IMG/VR virus record: IMGVR_UViG_3300025949_000001
Location: 32,001-96,000 of that record
Length of the DNA: 64,000 nucleotides
Source of the DNA: a virus
Direction: 5' to 3' (one strand)
Shown here piece after piece: positions 58,747 through 64,000 of this stretch; position 1 is the stretch's first letter; each line of letters starts with the position of its first letter. The notes below the pieces were generated by a model. That model was not told the DNA's origin and ran no database searches. It saw only the letters and a list, made by a program, of their open reading frames with translations. A program made the position numbers and the translations under genes.

Positions 58747-61165
58747 GCGAGGCCGAGGCCGTGCAGCACGAGCCGCCGCCGATGAGCCAGCAGGCACCGT
58801 TCCCCCGCATCCTCGCGAGTCTCGTCGAGCGCCTGACGTACCGCAAAGGCTGGCTGTTCAGGCTGGCCGACATCGACCGGGGCCAGGGCAGCACCGGGCT
58901 GACGCTGATCATCACGACGCTGGGCGTGAACAGCTACCACCCGGAGCAGACCGGCTACCGCGTCAACCACTACATGATCGTCCCGGCCGCCGCGTACGAC
59001 GAACGCTCGTGGCGCCGCTGGCTGCTCGAGCAGGTGTCCCTGGTGGAACTACACGAAACGATGGAGTTCTTCCAGATCGACGACGACAAGCCCTTTGCCC
59101 CGTCCCACGGTTTCGGCCAGAACCCCTACCTCGCGCGGGAGCTGGGCACCGAGCAGGACCGGCGCATGTCCTTCCGTAACGAGGTCAACGAGTGAGCCGA
59201 CAACCGGCCGAGAGACCCACGCGCAGGCAACTGCTTGACCTTCCGCACGGCGAATCGATCAGGTGCGGCGAGATGAGCGCCTACCGTGCGCCGGTCGACC
59301 CGGGCGTCCGCAGGAAGCAGATCGACCCGCGCGAGGTGCACTTCTCCAAGCACTACCTCGAAGGCAAGCTCACCTGCACCATGGCGGACGAAATGATCGA
59401 AGACGTGCTCCCCGATCCGTGGGCGCTCATCGAGCAGCGCCTGGACGCCGCCGCGCGCGACCGGAACGCCCACTACCGCGACGGGAGCCGCGTGCGATGA
59501 CCACAGCCCGCGACCGCAACAACCACTACGTGCCCGACGGGCTGTCGCACGGCGGCAGGAACATCACGACGCTCGGCACGGGAGACGAACCCCTCCCACT
59601 GCGCCTCGGCCTCGCCGACGAACTGAATCGTGAACGCAACTGGTGGTGGGCGGATACCAGCGGAGACGGCGCGCACTGGTCCCGCTTCGACGGCCATCAT
59701 CACCAGGTGGACATCGGGTACCGGACCTGGAACCGGCGCGAGGTCAATGAGTGGAAGGGCCGCGACGAGATCCGCAAGGACGGCCGGTGGACGATCGCGA
59801 TCAACCGGGAGCAGGTGTGGGAGGGCTTCTGCCACGACGTGCTCGAAGATCTGCTGACGATCCGGCGCACCGTGCAGCGACTGCTCGATCATGACGCGAT
59901 CAACTGGAACGACGGACAGCGCGCCGCCGAACAACTACTCGGGCGCAAGGTCTGGTATGAGCGCACGGCGGCCGTCGTGTCGAGCGTTTCCGTGCTGGAT
60001 CAGGGCTGCGTGATGCTCAAACCGGAGGGCGTCGAGGCCTTCCCGTGCCTGCAGTCGCAACTCAACGACGCCGACCCGGACCTTGACGAGAACGACGAGC
60101 TCAAGGTGGAGTTGTTGAGCCGCAGCGTCTGGTGGTGGCGCGAGCGGTGAGCGAGAACACCGATCAGCCGGTCGAACGCGTCGGGCCCTGGGCATTGACG
60201 CCCGAGCAGGCGCTCCCAGTGCCGCCGCTCACGGGCTATCCGCTGCCGGACGAGGCGTACACCGACGATCCGTCGCACATCGCGTGCCTGCTGCCCCCGG
60301 TCACATCGCATGCGGGCGCGCCGCTGCGACTGCTGCCGCTCGGTACGCGCTGGCGGTGCGGGGACTGCGGCACGGTACACGTGGTCGTCATGACGAGCCG
60401 TGGCCGCGACTGGAAGATCGAGTGCGCGCCGGGCGTCCGAGTAGGCCGCTGACGGTGGACAATTTAGCCGTGCTCGACCTTCCCGCGCCCACGGCGCACG
60501 CCTGCGGCTACCGTCCGCCGCGCCTGGGGGACCTGCTGCATGTGAGTCTCGACGACGGGGATGTGCACTCGGCGATGGTGCAATCCGTGTCCGACGACGG
60601 CGATTCGCTGATCGTGCGCGGCCCGGCCGAACCGCTGCGACGCAAGGATCTGATTATGGTCATCCGGCGTGTCGGCGGCACAACAACCGAGGAATAGATG
60701 CCCATGACCGCCTACGTCATCACCGATCTGCGCCGCGAACTGGAGAAAACCCGCATCGCCCTCGTGGCCGCGCGAACCCACCTCGCCGCGCACGCCGAAG
60801 CCAACGCCGCACTGCACATGGCCGCAACCGTCATGTACTCGCCGCTGCACGCCCACGTCACCGCCGCCATCGCGGGCGCCGAACAGGCACTGGAACGCAC
60901 CGCGCAGGCGCCGGAGCAGGCGCAGCGCGACGCCGCTCTGGTCGCGGTGCTCGCCGATCTGGACCGGTGCGCGCACGGGCGCCACGAGGGCGACGTATGC
61001 GCGGACTGCGGCGGCCCGTCGAGGGGCAACGACCACCTGCGGCCCGGAACGGTGATCGGCTACGACATCGGCGGCAGGCCGGTCGTGATGCCGGACCGCG
61101 AGCACAAGCACGACCCGCAGGCGTGGCGCGCGGACGAGCGGGCGAAGCGTGCTGATCCTCAGTAG
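58743..61165 (+). CDS. Six hypothetical genes (58743-59195, 59192-59500, 59497-60150, 60147-60452, ~60455-60697, 60698-61165)
   Basis: Coupled ORFs; codon bias. Confidence 0.55.
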
Positions 61166-61634
61166 CTCTCTGGTTGGCGAGATGATCGCGCATGCCCGCG
61201 AGCAGCACCCGGTCGAGGCCTGCGGCATCATCGCCGGACCGGCGGGCGGCGACCGACCGACGCGGCTGCTGCGCATGCGCAACGCCCTGGAGTCGGCCAC
61301 CGCGTTCCAGTTCGACCCCACCGAGCAGATGGCCGCCTACCGGCAGATGGACGCGCGCGGCGAAGACCCGATCGTCATCTACCACTCGCACACCGCCAGC
61401 CCGCCGTACCCGTCCGGCACCGACACCCGCCTCGCGGCGGACCGCGACGCCTACTACGCGATCATCTCCACCGCCGACCCCGAACGGACCGAAGTGACCT
61501 TCTGGCGCCTAACCGGCCCGAACGCGTTCCCGTGGAGCCAAGACGATGTCATGGTCGATGATCCGCTACAGCACTGGCAGTGGCCAAGCGTCTCGGCGTA
61601 CCTGGCATCCAGCCAGGCCCCGAGCGGCGCGTAG
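61149..61634 (+). CDS. JAB/MPN+ (M67, Mec-like) metallopeptidase
   Basis: PVEACG...YHSHTASPPYPSGTD JAMM motif. Confidence 0.9.
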   Translation: MLILSSSLVGEMIAHAREQHPVEACGIIAGPAGGDRPTRLLRMRNALESATAFQFDPTEQMAAYRQMDARGEDPIVIYHSHTASPPYPSGTDTRLAADRDAYYAIISTADPERTEVTFWRLTGPNAFPWSQDDVMVDDPLQHWQWPSVSAYLASSQAPSGA

Positions 61635-61643
61635 CGGCTCCGG

Positions 61644-62471
61644 CTAGCCGAACACGAGGAACCAGCCGGCCACCGCGCTGCTCGCATACGCCGCGCCCCC
61701 GTTGTCCCAGTACGTGCTGAACCCGGCCGACGACAGCGACGACGCCGACTTGCACACCACCCCCGCCGGGCCCGTGCCCCCGTTGCGGCACACCAGCACC
61801 CCCGACGGGGTGAACCCCAGCGCCAGGCCGGACACCGCGAGATTGCCCGACCCGTCCGTCGTGCCCGAGAACGCGCCCATCCGCACGAACTTCGCCGCCG
61901 AACCCGACGCCGGGACCACGTCGTTCTGCAGCGCCGAACCCGTCACCAGCGCACCCCCGGACACCGCCGACCCGGACGCGGGCTGCTGCGCCGTCACCCC
62001 CCACTGATCCCACACCAGGTTCGTCAGCGCCGCCGTCCCCACGTTCTGCGCCCAGCCCAGCGACCCGCGGGCCGCATTCGCCCCCGTTCCCCCGCCGTCC
62101 AGCAGCACCGACGCCGCCGACAGCTGCGCATCCGCCGACGAACGCGGCCCGGCCAGCACCATCTCCTCGAACGGCTGATTCGCCCCCGCAGTCACCTCGC
62201 GGCTGTAGAGCTGCGGCGCGGACGCGCTCGACCCCTGCCCGTCGCTGAAAATCATCGCGGGGCTCGACGTGCCCGGGGAGGGCAGCGACGGATTCGGCGC
62301 GAGCGCGAGCGTGCCGTTCGCGCCCGTGACCGTCACCGACGGGAACGCCGCAGCGCCGCCGCTGCCCGTCCCGAGCGTGTTGGTGCGCTGCTCGAGCACC
62401 GTGATGCGCTCGCGCAGGTCCCGGATCGTCTTGGCCAGCTGCTGCTCCAGCGGCGTCGGATACCGGGTCAC
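61644..62471 (-). CDS. Minor tail / fibre-associated protein
   Basis: N-terminal coiled coil then Gly/Ser/Ala-rich beta region; follows the tail gene. Confidence 0.65.
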   Translation of the reverse strand: MTRYPTPLEQQLAKTIRDLRERITVLEQRTNTLGTGSGGAAAFPSVTVTGANGTLALAPNPSLPSPGTSSPAMIFSDGQGSSASAPQLYSREVTAGANQPFEEMVLAGPRSSADAQLSAASVLLDGGGTGANAARGSLGWAQNVGTAALTNLVWDQWGVTAQQPASGSAVSGGALVTGSALQNDVVPASGSAAKFVRMGAFSGTTDGSGNLAVSGLALGFTPSGVLVCRNGGTGPAGVVCKSASSLSSAGFSTYWDNGGAAYASSAVAGWFLVFG

Positions 62472-63601
62472 GCCGCCACATCCCCCACCGTCAGCGTGAT
62501 CTTCCCGTCCTGGCCCTGGTCCGGGGGCGTGACCTGCCAGCCGATGATCCGCACCAGCGCCTGCAAGCCCGGGGAGCCGTCCGCCCTGGCCGGGTGCCGC
62601 TCGCTGGTCGCCGCCAGCGCCGCCTGATCCCCCAAACCCAGCGCCTTGATCGCCGGGGCGGAGGGCGCGGAGGCGTCGATCACGATCGGCGGCACGCACG
62701 GGCTGTGCCCCGTCACCCCCAGATGTCCGTCCGCGTAGGCGTCGATCTGCGCCTGCGACATGATCGCCGCCCCGTTGTACTGCACCGCGCTCTCCAACAG
62801 CGGATATCCCGCCGCCAGGTCCGCCTCGTCCACGCCGTGGCCCGCGCCATACCCGGAGGTCCATGTCCCCGCGCCGGACGTCGGCGCGGTGGCGATCACG
62901 AAGTTCGCGCCTTGGCTCCCCATCCGCGGCCAGCCGTAGTCCACCAGATTCCCCGGGTACTGCAGGCGCAGCCCCGTGTTCTGGTACGGCTGCCCCAGGC
63001 TCGCCCCCACGCGCGCGACGATCGCCAGGCCCCCGGATCCGTCGAGCACCGGTTCGAACGTCGCCTCGAAATCCCCCGCGGTCTCCAAGTCGCTCAATGC
63101 GCCCGCCACGTCCTTCAAATCCCCGGCAGCATAGGAGGTGGTCAGCGTCGCACCGATCTGGGTGTCCTGCGGCGAGAGGCCGGCGACCGCCGCCTGCGGG
63201 CCCTTGAGCACCGGGTCGGTGGCGTAGCGAAGCAGCGCGCGCCACACGTCGCAGTAGTCCAGGTTCCGGTACGAGAGGTTGTCGCGGATGCGGCGGCGCG
63301 CGAACAGCGATTCGAGGGTCTTGGCCTGGATCTGGTACTGCTTGGGCAGGATCGAGGCGGTCGGCTCGTCCCACAGCACCCCCACCCACACCGGGTAGCC
63401 GTCCTCAAGCACCCACAGCAGCGTGCGCCGCGTCTCCAACGCCGGCAGCAGCCTCGCGGTGGCCGCAGTCAGGTCCATATACCCGGCCAGCGGCGTCTCC
63501 TGCCCGATCTGCCGCGCGAAGCCCTGCACGTGCAGCGGCAGTTCGTCCGCGAGCAGCCGCCCGGTGACCACGTCGGTGCTGACATACCGGTATTCGGTCA
63601 C
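62468..63601 (-). CDS. Siphovirus minor tail protein (hub-like)
   Basis: YRYVSTDVVTGRLLADELP, VWVGVLW, YPGNLVDYGW, GYPLLE motifs typical of actinophage minor tail proteins. Confidence 0.75.
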   Translation of the reverse strand: MTEYRYVSTDVVTGRLLADELPLHVQGFARQIGQETPLAGYMDLTAATARLLPALETRRTLLWVLEDGYPVWVGVLWDEPTASILPKQYQIQAKTLESLFARRRIRDNLSYRNLDYCDVWRALLRYATDPVLKGPQAAVAGLSPQDTQIGATLTTSYAAGDLKDVAGALSDLETAGDFEATFEPVLDGSGGLAIVARVGASLGQPYQNTGLRLQYPGNLVDYGWPRMGSQGANFVIATAPTSGAGTWTSGYGAGHGVDEADLAAGYPLLESAVQYNGAAIMSQAQIDAYADGHLGVTGHSPCVPPIVIDASAPSAPAIKALGLGDQAALAATSERHPARADGSPGLQALVRIIGWQVTPPDQGQDGKITLTVGDVAA

Positions 63602-63608
63602 GTTCGGC

Positions 63609-64000
63609 TCACAGCGGCGCCGGCTCGGCGATCAGGTCGATCGGCTGGCCGGAGTCGGCGTACATCTCGAAAGATTTGGCGGCGGAGAAGTTCAGCATGT
63701 ACAGCGCGTAGGTGTGCGTGCCCGCCGGGGGTGTCTCCACGGCCTCGATCGCGTGCCCGTCCATGTTCACGTTCGCGCTCTGCGCCCGGAACTGCAGCAG
63801 CGACTTGATCTGCGTGGAGTCGCGCCACAGCAGCATCATCACCTCGTCGCCCACGCTCGCGCTCAGCGCGGCGATGTACGGCCACGACGCGTTCACCTTC
63901 ACCTGCGTCGCGCCGTCGACGGTCACGGTCACGCTCGCCACCAGTTGCTTGACCGTGTTCGACGTGCACGTGACCGGGCTGGTGACTTTCGCGGACACCG
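63609..64000 (-). CDS. Minor tail protein, 3' part (runs off the window)
   Basis: Beta-rich, PPAGTHTYAL; position in the tail module. Confidence 0.6.
   Translation of the reverse strand, partial: VSAKVTSPVTCTSNTVKQLVASVTVTVDGATQVKVNASWPYIAALSASVGDEVMMLLWRDSTQIKSLLQFRAQSANVNMDGHAIEAVETPPAGTHTYALYMLNFSAAKSFEMYADSGQPIDLIAEPAPL

Noticed and set aside
1-64000. CRISPR array, rRNA, att sites
   Set aside because: No regularly spaced repeat-spacer series, rRNA-like sequence or long boundary repeat was seen.

Overview
High-GC, gene-dense window from a large actinobacterial temperate phage or phage-plasmid (or prophage). Left part (1-23 kb): a tyrosine recombinase and strings of short, translationally coupled accessory genes. 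These include a STAS anti-anti-sigma factor, a MazG-like protein, a DEDDh exonuclease, a metallophosphoesterase, an ImmA/IrrE-like protein, two HAD phosphatases, an RlaP-like nucleotidyltransferase and a GIY-YIG endonuclease. Middle (23.6-44 kb): two replication/regulation modules (Rep with internal repeats or a P-loop ATPase, each near GntR-UTRA and Xis-like genes), two NUDIX genes, an AICE-type transfer block (DUF2637-like, FtsK/TraB), a solitary TnpB and an orphan FxSxx-COOH RiPP precursor. Right part: an IS607 inserted in a gene, two tRNA-like RNAs with enlarged anticodon arms, a lysis cassette with an HNH insertion, an inverted accessory island and minor tail genes. The most striking signal is that the solitary TnpB is arranged like an intronless homing endonuclease. 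It brings a recoded copy of the last 16 codons of the gene it interrupts, and the original 16 codons serve as both its predicted RNA guide and its own C-terminus. The GIY-YIG gene has the same architecture. All calls come from reading motifs by eye; no database searches were run. Many short hypothetical ORFs are grouped or omitted.
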